Below the pieces are notes generated by a model that was given only the letters and a program-made list of their open reading frames with translations, had not been told where the DNA came from and made no database searches. The translations under genes and the position numbers were made by a program. Below are positions 27,552 to 38,414 of a DNA stretch of 64,000 nt, piece after piece (positions within the stretch are counted from its first letter, which is position 1; each line of letters begins with the position of its first letter). Origin of the DNA: Meyerozyma guilliermondii. Lineage: Eukaryota. The stretch spans positions 1,054,001 to 1,118,000 of the forward strand of contig CP128818.1 in assembly GCA_051546255.1 (NCBI GenBank), written 5' to 3'.

Positions 27552-28409
27552 CTACTCTTCCTTCACTTCTTTCTCATCCTTCACTTCTTTCTGCTCCTTC
27601 TCTTCTTTCTGCTCTTTCTCTTCCTTCTCTTCCTTCTCCATTCCCTTCTCAAAGATCTGCTGGAGATTGAACTTCTCGTATGTCAAGTAATCATTGACTA
27701 CACTCATGCCCACATTGCTCTTGTAGCATTCTACCAAGATCAATTTGTCATACTGCTTCAAGTCCACCCGGTGTCCATGGTCTCTGCCTACACATTCAGC
27801 AATAGCCCGAATAATATCATCCTTGGGAACCGCATTGAAATTGCGTCTGGTTACTTGAATTGCATATTTGTAAGGTTTCTGGCTTTCTTTTTGGTGGAAA
27901 TGAGGTTCCAACACTCTTCTTGCCAACTTTTTGATTTCTTCAATAGTTGAAGATGCAGAAAAAGTTATAGGTGTGAGTCTTTGTGTGTACCTGGTAGTTT
28001 TGGCTTGCGATCCTTTGCATTCTTGGCACAAGCGCTCCACAAAAGTCTCGGGAGTTATGGGTTTTCGTGTCTTGATGAACACCAAGCACTCACAATCCAA
28101 GTCAATAGGCTTGAGGAGTTCGCTACGAGTATCCTTTTTATCCTGAATTTCCTGTACTTCCCGCCTGATCTTGTCTTCTATCGAGAGATTTTCTTCATTT
28201 TCCTCGTCGGAATCGTCGTTTAATTCAGTTTCATCATAATACTGCTCGGCCTTCTCCGCAAAGAGATTCATCAATTCCTTCCTACACTGTTGTTCCCGGC
28301 CACGATTGCATGTAGCAAAGATCCCACTGGTACCAGGATCTATAAACCCGCCGGCCCTGAACCTTTTAGACTTATCGTGGCTGCCACCGCCTGATTTTCG
28401 TTTCCCCAT
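27552..28409 (-). CDS. TAN1: THUMP-domain tRNA acetylation adaptor
   Basis: GIFATCNRGRE, TRYTQRLTPI, RRNFN, HRVDLK.YDKLILVECYKSNVGMSVV, YEKFNLQQI; acidic KEE tail; start MGKRK. Confidence 0.9.
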   Translation of the reverse strand: MGKRKSGGGSHDKSKRFRAGGFIDPGTSGIFATCNRGREQQCRKELMNLFAEKAEQYYDETELNDDSDEENEENLSIEDKIRREVQEIQDKKDTRSELLKPIDLDCECLVFIKTRKPITPETFVERLCQECKGSQAKTTRYTQRLTPITFSASSTIEEIKKLARRVLEPHFHQKESQKPYKYAIQVTRRNFNAVPKDDIIRAIAECVGRDHGHRVDLKQYDKLILVECYKSNVGMSVVNDYLTYEKFNLQQIFEKGMEKEEKEEKEQKEEKEQKEVKDEKEVKEE

Positions 28410-28469
28410 CGGTCCCCACAAAGAGATTTTTTAAAGTCGCGAATTTCATTCCAGGTTGATTGCAAATCG

Positions 28470-30353
28470 ATGCTCCAGGACTTGCCGCTCGATATATGGC
28501 AAGGAGTCGTGCTATACCTTTCTGTGGCTGATGTGTGCAATCTAAGGGCTACTAGCTCAGGCTTTCAAGAAAAACTACGCCATGAACTGGTTTGGAAGGT
28601 TCTTTACGACACATATTGCAAAACGATTAAAAACGGCTATCGTCTCGAAAGTGAACGGCGCTTGAGTTATTACCATGAAGTCATGGAAATCGAGAGGAAA
28701 CGACGGCAGATTGAGGAAGATATAGCAAAGTACAACTGTTCGGCATCCCAGGACCCACACCTACAATTCCAACGATTTCGAACCATCGTCAAGAAGCATA
28801 CTTTAAACGAAAACAACCTTGTGCCGCTCTTGCTACTCCACGAAAGCAGTCCCCGGCCCATGTGGGACCTTGAATCGACATCGTCCTTGCAAAAACAAGC
28901 GTTGGTAACGAATTTGATTTTGGGATGCTCGTTTGGGCTCGGACTCCGACGGTTTCTCAAGAACGCAGACCGCTCCGATTCGACCAATATAGACGATTTC
29001 GAACGTTTTGTGAGCGATATGTGCTTGTTTGATCGTTCTTTTCATCTTATGGTGGGAGCACGAGAACGCAAGCTACTGCAAATTCAACACCAACTTTACA
29101 CAAAGTTCTATGCCCACATCGAAGACATGGGATTTCCTGGAATTACCATTTCCCACGAAGAGCTGTCGCAGGTACTCATAATGAGAGACGAATTGGCTCT
29201 ACAAAGGTATTTGAACAGCATAGTGGAGACAATTCTTGACAATTTTCATATGGACGCTACAGGTTTAGAACCGTACGATAGAGTGCGTTACCTAAATGAG
29301 TCTTTTTTGGAAGACTACTGCTTGACCAGAATATACGCTGGTATGAACAAGGCTCATCCTGACGTTATGAGTACTGTGGTAGGGAAGGTGGTTCTCGACT
29401 TCACTTCGTCTATCCAAATCAAGGTCACTGGCAAACCAGCACTAGGTCCTCGTTTGCGTGTGGAAATCCGCAAGGGCCAATTGATGGTGGGACTGTTCAT
29501 CTTTATCATTCGAAACTCCGCTGAAGACTTGACACGAGACTACATTTTCCATTCGTACAAACTCAACGAGTATCTTCTGACGCTACGAAGTTTTGTCAAC
29601 AACCCACGCCAGGATGTGATGCACTACCTTGAACCCACGAACATTGATAAGCTCATTCGAATGGCTTTGGGTCTAAAACTCTATGGCACCTACAATTCGC
29701 TTTCCATGCTTTCGTCGTTCAAGGGCCGTTCACGGTGGTATCCCATACGCTACACCGAATACGATTTCACCACTTCTGTGTGCCAAATGTTCCTTAGTGC
29801 CAAACGTGGCTACTGGAACGTTTATGATTTCGATAAACCGAATTTAGAAGCGCAGTTGGCCAACTTTAATCATTCTGCTTTTGTTCCGGTAATAATGAAT
29901 ATCGCCAATCCCCGGAACGGAAACAAATGTTTCCACGATTTGTATGAGGAACTCAAGTGGCAGAGCAACTACCAAGAGTACGAGGCTGGTCTGTACCACA
30001 TATTACCCAAAAACACAGTTATGAAGAACACGACTCTCACATTAAACCAGTCGACCATGAAGTTCCAAGTGGGCCATTTGGTGGTGGACACTCGCACAAA
30101 CAGCAAAGGAGTAATTATCGGGTTTCGAAAAGCATTTTTTCTGCAAACAAAAGATTTTTGTGTGGTTTATACTCTGAGAAGAGAAATCGAAGTTTACAAT
30201 TGTGACGACGTGGTGTTAATTCCATCCAAGCAGGCTATGGATGATTTTATCAAGGAAGCAGGATGCGAGGAGCTCGTTCTCCAGTTTTTTAGCCATGTTT
30301 CTGACACGAATTCAGCTCGACTTGTTCCAAACTGTTTCCACACTCTCCAGTGA
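28470..30353 (+). CDS. F-box protein with a possible C-terminal YccV/HspQ-like domain
   Basis: N-terminal LQDLPLDIWQGVVLYLSVADVCNLRATS (F-box); C-terminal FQVGHLVVDTRTNSKGVIIGF. Confidence 0.6.
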   Translation: MLQDLPLDIWQGVVLYLSVADVCNLRATSSGFQEKLRHELVWKVLYDTYCKTIKNGYRLESERRLSYYHEVMEIERKRRQIEEDIAKYNCSASQDPHLQFQRFRTIVKKHTLNENNLVPLLLLHESSPRPMWDLESTSSLQKQALVTNLILGCSFGLGLRRFLKNADRSDSTNIDDFERFVSDMCLFDRSFHLMVGARERKLLQIQHQLYTKFYAHIEDMGFPGITISHEELSQVLIMRDELALQRYLNSIVETILDNFHMDATGLEPYDRVRYLNESFLEDYCLTRIYAGMNKAHPDVMSTVVGKVVLDFTSSIQIKVTGKPALGPRLRVEIRKGQLMVGLFIFIIRNSAEDLTRDYIFHSYKLNEYLLTLRSFVNNPRQDVMHYLEPTNIDKLIRMALGLKLYGTYNSLSMLSSFKGRSRWYPIRYTEYDFTTSVCQMFLSAKRGYWNVYDFDKPNLEAQLANFNHSAFVPVIMNIANPRNGNKCFHDLYEELKWQSNYQEYEAGLYHILPKNTVMKNTTLTLNQSTMKFQVGHLVVDTRTNSKGVIIGFRKAFFLQTKDFCVVYTLRREIEVYNCDDVVLIPSKQAMDDFIKEAGCEELVLQFFSHVSDTNSARLVPNCFHTLQ

Positions 30354-30442
30354 TTTCGCAGCCATCTACCGGAACCCCAGGGACGGCATATAAACCAACG
30401 CAACCAAGTGCGATGCGAAATTGGTTAAGCTTCATGATTTCT

Positions 30443-32386
30443 ATGCTTTGGAGGCGAACTCTTGCGCGAGCCACGAGACATTTCGGCACCTCATCGTGGC
30501 GTCATCAATCGCACCGTGTTGTAGGAATTGACTTGGGAACGACAAATTCTGCTGTGGCTATTGTGGAAGGAAATGAGCCGCGGATTCTCGAAAATGAAGA
30601 GGGTGGCCGCACAACTCCGTCGATTGTAGCTTTCAACAAAGACGGAGATGTTTCAGTTGGGCTACCAGCAAAAAGACAGGCGGTGGTGAACCCTCTAAAT
30701 ACATTTTTTGCCACAAAAAGACTCATCGGCCGTCGTTTTACTGACGAGGAAGTCCAGCAAGATATCCCGAATATCCCCTATAAAATCACTCCCAACGAGA
30801 CCGGAGACGCCTGGGTGGAAACCTCGTATGGTAAACGGATCTCTCCATCACACATTAGTGGACTTATCTTGCAAAAGATGAAACAGATTGCCCAATCGCA
30901 TTTCGACACCGAAATCAAACATGCGGTTGTCACGGTGCCAGCTTACTTCAATGACTCCCAGCGCCTGGCGACAAAGAGCTCGGGCCAAATAGTGGGCTTG
31001 GAAGTGTTGCGGGTCATCAACGAGCCCACAGCGGCGGCTTTGGCTTATGGTATGGATAAGAAGCAGAAAGACGGTATCGTAGCGGTTTTTGATCTTGGTG
31101 GAGGAACGTTTGATATTTCGATTCTCGATATCGAGAGCGGTGTGTTTGAGGTCCGTGCAACAAACGGTAACACGCATCTTGGTGGAGAGGATTTTGACGT
31201 TCTCATCGTGGAATATATCCTCAACAAGTTCCGCGAGGCTGAAGGCATAGATCTCCTGAGCGATCGTCTCGCTGTCCAGCGCATCAGAGAGGCTGCCGAG
31301 AAGTGCAAGATTGAACTTTCACACGTCAAAGAGACAGAAATTAACATACCTTTCATTACGGCTGACAAGCACATAAAGCTCAGTTTGACAGAAGATGAAC
31401 TAGACGAAATGTCAATGCATTTGATTAACCAGACCGTGGATCCTGTGAAAAGGTGTCTTAGAGACGCCGAACTCAAGCCAGAAGACGTCGATGATGTGAT
31501 TCTTGTTGGTGGAATGACCAGAATGCCCCGTATTCGAAAGACAGTAGCCGATCTTTTCAAGCTTGAACCCAACACCGCTGTTAACCCTGACGAAGCTGTG
31601 GCTCTTGGTGCCGCTATACAAGGAGCTGTGCTCTCCGGCCAGATCAAGAACGTCGTTTTGTTGGATGTCACACCTTTGCTGTTGGGTATCGAGACCTATG
31701 GAGGTATTTTCAGCCCTTTGATTCCTCGTAATTCTGCTGTGCCGTTGAAAAAAGAGCAGGTGTTTTCCACGGCAGTAGATGGTCAGACCGGCGTGGAAGT
31801 GAGGGTCTATCAGGGAGAAAGACCTTTGGTGAAGGACAATAAACTCATTGGAAATTTTCAGCTCAAAAACATCCCGATAGGTCCAAAAGGCACGCCTCAG
31901 ATAGCTGTGCTGTTTTCAATTGATGCAGACGGCATCATTAATGTCGCTGCTCGTGACAAAACACCTTATCCTGAGGATCTGGAGCACTATGGAAAAGAGA
32001 ACCAGGTATCGATCCAAGTATCTGCAGAAACCGGTCTTTCGGAAGAGGAGATTCAAACTATGTTAGCAGAAAGTGCTCGCAATGCCAAGAAAGACGCCGA
32101 GTTGAAGTCTCACATTGAAAATGCTACGAGAGCGGATATCATCTGCAGCGACACAGACAACGCTTTGATTCAGTTCGGTGAGCTTATGGAAGAAAATGAA
32201 AGAAAAGATATCGAAAAGAGGGTTGGAGAATTACGGTCAATCATCAATGATATTAGAGATCATGGAAAAATCCGCCCTATTGAAGAGGTGAACGAAGCCG
32301 TCAACGAGCTCCAGAAAGTGTGCTTGGCCGCGATTCAAGCTGTCGCTGTCAAGCAGCAGAAACAGCAGAAACAGGAACAACCATAA
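30443..32386 (+). CDS. SSQ1: Mitochondrial Hsp70, Ssq1 type
   Basis: Arg-rich presequence; GIDLGTTNS, TVPAYFNDSQR, DLGGGTFD, LLDVTPL(S)LGIETYGGIFSPLIPRN; short C-terminal lid. Confidence 0.8.
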   Translation: MLWRRTLARATRHFGTSSWRHQSHRVVGIDLGTTNSAVAIVEGNEPRILENEEGGRTTPSIVAFNKDGDVSVGLPAKRQAVVNPLNTFFATKRLIGRRFTDEEVQQDIPNIPYKITPNETGDAWVETSYGKRISPSHISGLILQKMKQIAQSHFDTEIKHAVVTVPAYFNDSQRLATKSSGQIVGLEVLRVINEPTAAALAYGMDKKQKDGIVAVFDLGGGTFDISILDIESGVFEVRATNGNTHLGGEDFDVLIVEYILNKFREAEGIDLLSDRLAVQRIREAAEKCKIELSHVKETEINIPFITADKHIKLSLTEDELDEMSMHLINQTVDPVKRCLRDAELKPEDVDDVILVGGMTRMPRIRKTVADLFKLEPNTAVNPDEAVALGAAIQGAVLSGQIKNVVLLDVTPLLLGIETYGGIFSPLIPRNSAVPLKKEQVFSTAVDGQTGVEVRVYQGERPLVKDNKLIGNFQLKNIPIGPKGTPQIAVLFSIDADGIINVAARDKTPYPEDLEHYGKENQVSIQVSAETGLSEEEIQTMLAESARNAKKDAELKSHIENATRADIICSDTDNALIQFGELMEENERKDIEKRVGELRSIINDIRDHGKIRPIEEVNEAVNELQKVCLAAIQAVAVKQQKQQKQEQP

Positions 32387-32509
32387 AGATAGCAGCAGAA
32401 ACAAGAACAACAGTGTACATAGAGCCAATTCATGATTTACGCGGGATCTAATATGTTGTGTATTATACTGTAGATACGCTTCATTTTCCGTTCATCTCCC
32501 CCGTTTGGC

Positions 32510-33370
32510 CTACTCGTCAGTTTCCATTCTTGTGTCGTCAGCGTCAGCAGCGGCACCAGCGTCTGCGTCTGGGTTTTCAGGCTGGGGTGCGTCGCCCTCT
32601 GCCGTTTCTTCATCGCCATCGGCGCCGTCATCCCTACTTCTGGCGTTGCTGACCAGGTCCAATTTTTCCAACCATTGGGTCACTTCGTCGTCCTCGTAGA
32701 TCTTGAATGATGTATCTTTGCCCACTACGGCCACCGAGGTGTTGCGCAAAGTCAACTCCACGTCCTGAGCCAACGTGTCTCTCAACGCATTCAATCCATG
32801 CACAATCAAGCTCTCGACGTCAGTAACCTCCCTCACCTCTTCGAGCGTGCGCTCCAAGTAGGTACGCGCAGCCTGAGAACGAGCACCAATGGCAGCACCG
32901 TAGTACTCCAACACCAGTCCTGACGGCTGGAACTCATATAAATGTGCGCCGGTCTCGTCATAGCCAGCAACGAGGAGCCCCACACCGTAGGGTCTGGAGC
33001 CGTACAGCTGGGTGTTTTCTTGGGCCTTGTCGGCGATCTGGAGCACAGCTCTCTGGGTCAGAATGGGACGATTGAACACCATTTTCAGGTTCATGGCTTG
33101 TTTTCTGAGGTAGTTGGAAAGCACACGTGCATCTGGCGCTAAACCCGCCAAGGCAATGCCCATATGATCATCGATTTTTATCAATTTTTTCTGGTAAGAT
33201 CCCAATTCTTCAGCATTTCGCTTCAATGCCACCAACACCACATGGGTCTTCGATGCGATTCCCACGGCAGCACTTCCCTGCTTGATGGCCTCGAGGGCGT
33301 ACTCGACCTGGAAAAGACGACCGGTGGGCGAATATGTGATCGAATCGTTGTCGTAGTTGTTCCGGAACAT
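32510..33370 (-). CDS. PRE5: 20S proteasome alpha-6 subunit
   Basis: MFRNNYDNDSITYSPTGRLFQVEYALEAIKQGS; AIGARSQAARTYLER. Confidence 0.96.
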   Translation of the reverse strand: MFRNNYDNDSITYSPTGRLFQVEYALEAIKQGSAAVGIASKTHVVLVALKRNAEELGSYQKKLIKIDDHMGIALAGLAPDARVLSNYLRKQAMNLKMVFNRPILTQRAVLQIADKAQENTQLYGSRPYGVGLLVAGYDETGAHLYEFQPSGLVLEYYGAAIGARSQAARTYLERTLEEVREVTDVESLIVHGLNALRDTLAQDVELTLRNTSVAVVGKDTSFKIYEDDEVTQWLEKLDLVSNARSRDDGADGDEETAEGDAPQPENPDADAGAAADADDTRMETDE

Positions 33371-33466
33371 GGTGGCGATCACAGTGGAGCTGAGTGTTGA
33401 ACTTGGTGCGATGTACTGCATAAGAACCGGTGGATCTTCATCTCACTCAAATCAACTATTTCCAGA

Positions 33467-33700
33467 ATGACGGTCCGTTTTACCCAGCAAGCCGCCAAGC
33501 CTCGGCTCCGACAGTTTCTGACACCACTATTCCATACTTTTTTGGGTGCGTCCACGGTTTATATAGCGTTTCATGTAGCCTGGCTCAGATTGGAGCATCG
33601 AGAAGAAGAGCGTAAACTCTTGAAAAAATCCCAGGAATATGAGGACGAGATCCAGGAATTGGTATCCAGGAAGCCTGCTAGGAGGTGGTGGTTCTGGTAG
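33467..33700 (+). CDS. Small single-TM protein with coiled coil, possibly a mitochondrial inner-membrane Ina17-like protein
   Basis: 77 aa; hydrophobic segment followed by WLRLE and a charged helix, ending RRWWFW; divergent from PRE5. Confidence 0.55.
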   Translation: MTVRFTQQAAKPRLRQFLTPLFHTFLGASTVYIAFHVAWLRLEHREEERKLLKKSQEYEDEIQELVSRKPARRWWFW

Positions 33701-34121
33701 AGAAAATATTTCAACTTTAATTTAATGGGTGAAAATCGCAATGGAAGATTAACGAAGATGGAAAGATAGACATTGAAGAAGAAAGGCAGGATAGCAATGG
33801 AGAGACAAAGATAACAAAGGCGGAATGATGCAATGATAGAAAGAATGAATGAAAAGATAGCAAATTCGAATGTAGAAAATAGTAGACGAAGACGACAGAT
33901 TGCTCAAATCGGAAATTTGGAAAAAGTTGTAAAATAGCAAAATATAGATAGCATGAACAGCAAATGTAGCAGTGTTTTATTGTAGTATAACGTTGTTGAT
34001 AGAGGCACCATTGCAAGGCAGAAATTGTCCTATAGAAGCAATATATCTGCTGCAATGAAGAGGAGCAAGAGCAAATGGTTGTAAGGCGGTTATGTTGAAT
34101 CAATACGGTTTGATAGTTTGG

Positions 34122-36701
34122 CTATCGTTCTCTTCCTTCGGGTCTGGCAAACTTGCTTGAAAATTTGGCCAACTTTGAAGCTGTGGAGGACGAAAGTGAT
34201 GGTGCATGCAGTTCAACAGTGTAAATGGACCCTGTATCGTTACCAGAACTAATGTCCTCTTCTCGCACCATTTTGCCAATAAGTTTCATGCCCTCTTCGA
34301 ATGGAATCCGGTTGTATTTGCGCATTCTGTAAGACGGGTTCTTGGTAAAATCTTCGTAGTTGTTCAGCTTCAACAAGTCAATGCATTGGCGAAGTTCTTC
34401 AAACGTCGATTGCAATGCCACTGAGCCTCCTGACCCATCATCTTCTGCCCCTGTGGAATAGAGCTGGCGCATGAGATCCTCCAAATATGTGATATCCAAG
34501 TCGAAATTGTCAATGGCTATCATGTTGTACCGGTCGCAATCTTTGAGAATATTCAAGAAGTATTCACTGATATAGTCGAAACTTCTGAAAAGACCTAAAG
34601 TACGAAGCGAAGATGGGAGGTTGGAGAATGTTGATGTGAAAATGTTCTCCAAATATAATGCAAAGTCTTTGACAAAGTAGCTGGCATCGTCGTTGGGCCG
34701 CGAAGGAAGCCAGTCATTATACTCAACTGTCTCCAAAAGGTCCTTAATTTTCTGGTCCACCATGTTGAAAATGGCATCTTCAGAGTACTTTCTCACTTGC
34801 GTGAGATGGTCAACGGCTCGCAAAACGAATGTTCCTTTTGCGTCGATATTGTTGATGCCAATCCCTGTGTGTGTTCGGAGTTTTTGATTGACTAACTTTC
34901 CGATCTCATAAAGCGAATAGAGATAGTACTCGAGGTTGACATAAGTCTGAGAAATGACTTCCTTGTTGTGGGAGTTTTCGTCGATGAAATCTTTTATGTC
35001 ATTACTGATTCCAAAATTCTTCTCTTTTCCAAGAGCTCTCTCGAAGATCTCGTTTACGATGATGGAGTTGATCTCGTTTTGCTCGTGGCTATAATATCTT
35101 CCGATAAATGCCAAGGAGTCGTCCAAAAGAGACCGGATCCAGAGACAGTAATCGACAAAATCCTCGCTGAACGGAAAGCTCACCGGCATCTTTTTGACCT
35201 TATGCGCCGCAAAAGAAACTTCAGGGTGATACCAGCACACCTTCATGACGTTTTCGTAGTCTTCTCGGTCGCTTACAACGAGAGGCATGTAATGGTCCGA
35301 ATGTATCAGTTGAATGAAATCGGCTCGGAATTGCTTGATGATTTCTGGAGCAAAGTTTTCTCTAAAAACCACCATCATAACATCATAAAGCTCGAGGATT
35401 CTGTACTCGTTGTTTTCCATCACCTGGATGAAATCGCCTAGCAAATCTTTGAAGTCGATGATATCGTCGAGGTTGAACAGATGGTTCAGCAAGTATTTCA
35501 ACAAAACCGGCTTCAATTTTGTCACATACGAGTCCCATAAGTCATTAGAGTTGTCATTGGAACGAAGAAGGAACTTTGTGGCGATATTGATATGTTTATC
35601 AGCCACGAAAAACGCAGCTATTCTTTTCAAGTATTCCTCCAACGAGTTCAAGTCGCTGAAGTCCGCTGAGGACTCGGCAAAACTGGACCCAGAATCGGCA
35701 CCGACAGACGACGTTATAGGGTAGATAACTCTGTTGTACTTTTTGATCCATTCCTTGTGGTACATTCGTGAAAGTTGGTCGTCCTCATTGAGGGTCTGGT
35801 ACACGAGCATGGCATCGTACAAAGTGGCCGAGTTGATCAGAAGGGTCTTGTCAAAGAAAATATTATAGCTGTTGGAAGGATCTCGGATAGCCACTTCGAT
35901 GGGGGAGTTGAGTTTATGAGGCGTGAAACTGCTATTTGGGCCCTCCGCCTTTTTGATAGCGTCCCAGTTATCTTGAAGTCGAATGATGTTATCGAACAAT
36001 GAGTCACCTATGGCCTCAAGCTTGCGCTCTATGTTGACACTTACCCACTTACACAAGTTGTCGAAGGACTCGTCTTTGATTGTCTTGGTGAGAAGTGGAA
36101 CAGAGTCGTAGATCTTGACTGCAAAAGAAAAGTTTTCCACCTTTGGCAAGTGAATGTTCGTGAGCTCGTCGATGAGCTTCAATGCACTGAAATACTTGTG
36201 TTGTTTTATAAGTTCGTGAATTTTGTTTGTGATTTCCAAAACTTGAATACACAAGTTCAACACATTGCTGGTCTCGTTGATCTTGCTGGTGACATCATTG
36301 CATTTGATCAACTCTTTTTTCCGCGAAACAAGCTCGTACACCGATTTGTTGAGAAACAGACTCACTTGCTGGAGGTTTTTGCCGAGTTCTGACGACTCGT
36401 CGTGGATGCGATCGATGGAGTCTATGCACGAATTGATGTCCTGGGTCGAGCTCATGGACAAATCTGTGAGCTCATCGTCTTTTTCGCGCACTATATCGTT
36501 CAATTTGTGGATGAGATCGGATAATCCGTTGGCTCGAAGTGCATCTTTGACAATTGGCGCCAAGCTCTCGAGGTAGTCTTCGGAATTTAAAGATGTCTGG
36601 AAAATCTCCTCGTCACGAAGCAACAAGTTTTCTAGCTGGATGGTGTCGATGACAGGCTTGGCTGTGGTCTTGGCATCGCCATTGATGGCCAGCGGTGACA
36701 T
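34122..36701 (-). CDS. SEC15: Exocyst subunit Sec15
   Basis: EDYLESLAPIVKDAL, KYFSALKLIDEL, SDHYMPL, FPFSE, STFEELRQCIDLL, RMRKYNRI; start MSPLA. Confidence 0.9.
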   Translation of the reverse strand: MSPLAINGDAKTTAKPVIDTIQLENLLLRDEEIFQTSLNSEDYLESLAPIVKDALRANGLSDLIHKLNDIVREKDDELTDLSMSSTQDINSCIDSIDRIHDESSELGKNLQQVSLFLNKSVYELVSRKKELIKCNDVTSKINETSNVLNLCIQVLEITNKIHELIKQHKYFSALKLIDELTNIHLPKVENFSFAVKIYDSVPLLTKTIKDESFDNLCKWVSVNIERKLEAIGDSLFDNIIRLQDNWDAIKKAEGPNSSFTPHKLNSPIEVAIRDPSNSYNIFFDKTLLINSATLYDAMLVYQTLNEDDQLSRMYHKEWIKKYNRVIYPITSSVGADSGSSFAESSADFSDLNSLEEYLKRIAAFFVADKHINIATKFLLRSNDNSNDLWDSYVTKLKPVLLKYLLNHLFNLDDIIDFKDLLGDFIQVMENNEYRILELYDVMMVVFRENFAPEIIKQFRADFIQLIHSDHYMPLVVSDREDYENVMKVCWYHPEVSFAAHKVKKMPVSFPFSEDFVDYCLWIRSLLDDSLAFIGRYYSHEQNEINSIIVNEIFERALGKEKNFGISNDIKDFIDENSHNKEVISQTYVNLEYYLYSLYEIGKLVNQKLRTHTGIGINNIDAKGTFVLRAVDHLTQVRKYSEDAIFNMVDQKIKDLLETVEYNDWLPSRPNDDASYFVKDFALYLENIFTSTFSNLPSSLRTLGLFRSFDYISEYFLNILKDCDRYNMIAIDNFDLDITYLEDLMRQLYSTGAEDDGSGGSVALQSTFEELRQCIDLLKLNNYEDFTKNPSYRMRKYNRIPFEEGMKLIGKMVREEDISSGNDTGSIYTVELHAPSLSSSTASKLAKFSSKFARPEGRER

Positions 36702-36851
36702 AAGCAAAAAGACACCAGATGGTAGTTTTGAAGAAATGTGCGATTGTTGATCCTGGGGTGCGACTGCCTGCAGATAACTGAAATATTGAAGAAGAGCTTA
36801 TTTTACTGGGGTACATTGAGCCGTATCTTCTAGAACGATTGGAGGGTTCTG

Positions 36852-37685
36852 ATGGCACAAAACAACGTTCTCGTGCTAGGAGCACCACACAGTGGAAAAT
36901 TGAGAGCCTCAGCGATAATAGGGGCCGGTTTTTCAGGTGATGGCGACTTTAGCGGTTCCCATTCAGGACTTATCTTCAAAATAAAGAGACAAACAAAGTA
37001 TTTTAAGCATGATTTGAGCATAATGGTGGACGAGTATCCCGAAAAAAGAACCATAACTCCAAGCTGGGAGCATTTAAATGCCTGGAGCGACGAATTTATG
37101 AGCGAAGACATGGAAGAACTACGCCGTGCACTAGATGGTATTGTGTTCTGCTTGAATTTAGATGACAAAGCCACTATGAAAGACTTGGAGCCGACTATAG
37201 GGGTCCTTGAGAAAATCTATGAGCTGCTTGGAGGCGCCGAATGGGCGGGATTTTTTGCGATAGTTGGAGTTTCGAGCAGCGAGGACAACGAAAACCATGC
37301 AATTGTAGAAGATGCTGCTACGATTCGGGGATTTGAGTATATAAATTTGGAAGAGGAAGGCCAGAATGAGTTCCGTGACAAGTTGGGGATAGATAGGTTA
37401 GTGGAGTTGTTCGATACCCACGACTGGTCTGACATTGAAACCAGCGAAGACGACGGTTTTGCAGCTAGAAAACGGAAAATGGCCGAGTCCATGTGCCAGC
37501 GTTTATTAGACGACGATGAGAAGGATATGAGTTCTGAAAATGGCGTCAATGATGTCAATGTTGAGGAATTTGAAAATGTGATAGAGAAACTCAAGCAGGC
37601 ACGAATAAAGGCTGAGAGTATGGAGGGTGCTGAAAGGAATGAGTACGCACAGCAGGTCATGGAGGATGTTCTTCTGTACTTGTAG
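36852..37685 (+). CDS. IRC6: Irc6/p34 adaptin-binding protein
   Basis: VLVLGAPHSGK, HSGLI....TKYF, NEFRDKLGIDRLVELFDTHDW. Confidence 0.8.
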   Translation: MAQNNVLVLGAPHSGKLRASAIIGAGFSGDGDFSGSHSGLIFKIKRQTKYFKHDLSIMVDEYPEKRTITPSWEHLNAWSDEFMSEDMEELRRALDGIVFCLNLDDKATMKDLEPTIGVLEKIYELLGGAEWAGFFAIVGVSSSEDNENHAIVEDAATIRGFEYINLEEEGQNEFRDKLGIDRLVELFDTHDWSDIETSEDDGFAARKRKMAESMCQRLLDDDEKDMSSENGVNDVNVEEFENVIEKLKQARIKAESMEGAERNEYAQQVMEDVLLYL

Positions 37686-37793
37686 GAACAGAAGCAATGA
37701 TGGTGATACACTTGGAAAACAAGACAAATTTCACCATTTCAGTCTTTTCGTGCTTATGGATAATTCTGCATTTTCATCTTCATTTCGCTTCAC

Positions 37794-38414
37794 TTACAAC
37801 TTGCTCCGACTTCCAAAATCAACCTTGACTCCCGGCTCAAAATAACACTCCTGGCAATCCTCGTCTTCCACCCCGTTCTCATGTATCAAAACGGCAAAAT
37901 CAATATAAGGAACCAGCTGGTCTACCACCACCATCGGTGCATGCCATGTTCCCACTCCATAAGTAACCGCCTGATTTCCCTTGCAAATGAACGCTTTCAA
38001 TGTTTTTGGATCTGGAAGCTTCTGCTCAGAAGTTACATCGGTTTTAGCAACAATAACCAAGTACGAAATCTTGTCCAAATCTTGTCCCATAGGCACAAAT
38101 GTCTGGGTTGAAAAAGGGTGCCTTTCTACAACTTTGGCAGTATATACTTGGTTTTTGATCAAGTGCTTAGGTGCAGAGCACCGAAAGATGTTCCAGTTGG
38201 CACTGGCAGCCTTTCCGCTCTTACATTGATGGTAATTGTTAATAATGGGTGCAACTTTATGCATCTTCACAGCGGTTCCGTAATTTGCCGCTGAACTTTT
38301 GACATTTTTGACTTGATGGTCGGCACTTAGTACGCCACCATAGGCAGCAAACCGCTCGGGAGAAAGCGGCTCGACCCCAATGCCATAATTTTCGGAAAAC
38401 GTATGGAGAACCAT
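37794..38414 (-). CDS. DAL3: Ureidoglycolate lyase/hydrolase with a C-terminal PTS1
   Basis: ANYGTA, ERHPFSTQTFVPMG, LKAFICKGNQAVTYGVGTWHAPM, HENG; ends SKL. Confidence 0.9.
   Translation of the reverse strand: MVLHTFSENYGIGVEPLSPERFAAYGGVLSADHQVKNVKSSAANYGTAVKMHKVAPIINNYHQCKSGKAASANWNIFRCSAPKHLIKNQVYTAKVVERHPFSTQTFVPMGQDLDKISYLVIVAKTDVTSEQKLPDPKTLKAFICKGNQAVTYGVGTWHAPMVVVDQLVPYIDFAVLIHENGVEDEDCQECYFEPGVKVDFGSRSKL

Noticed and set aside
31045..31671. 208-aa antisense ORF inside the Hsp70 gene
   Set aside because: Shadow frame of a conserved gene; antisense ORFs are a common Hsp70 artefact
32363..32411. Near-duplicate 19-mer either side of the SSQ1 stop codon
   Set aside because: Consistent with local slippage of a CAG/AAA-rich tract; no evidence of function
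33717..34103. 128-aa minus-strand ORF downstream of SEC15
   Set aside because: Low-complexity, pyrimidine-rich strand giving F/S/L/Y/C-biased text; more likely UTR or intergenic sequence
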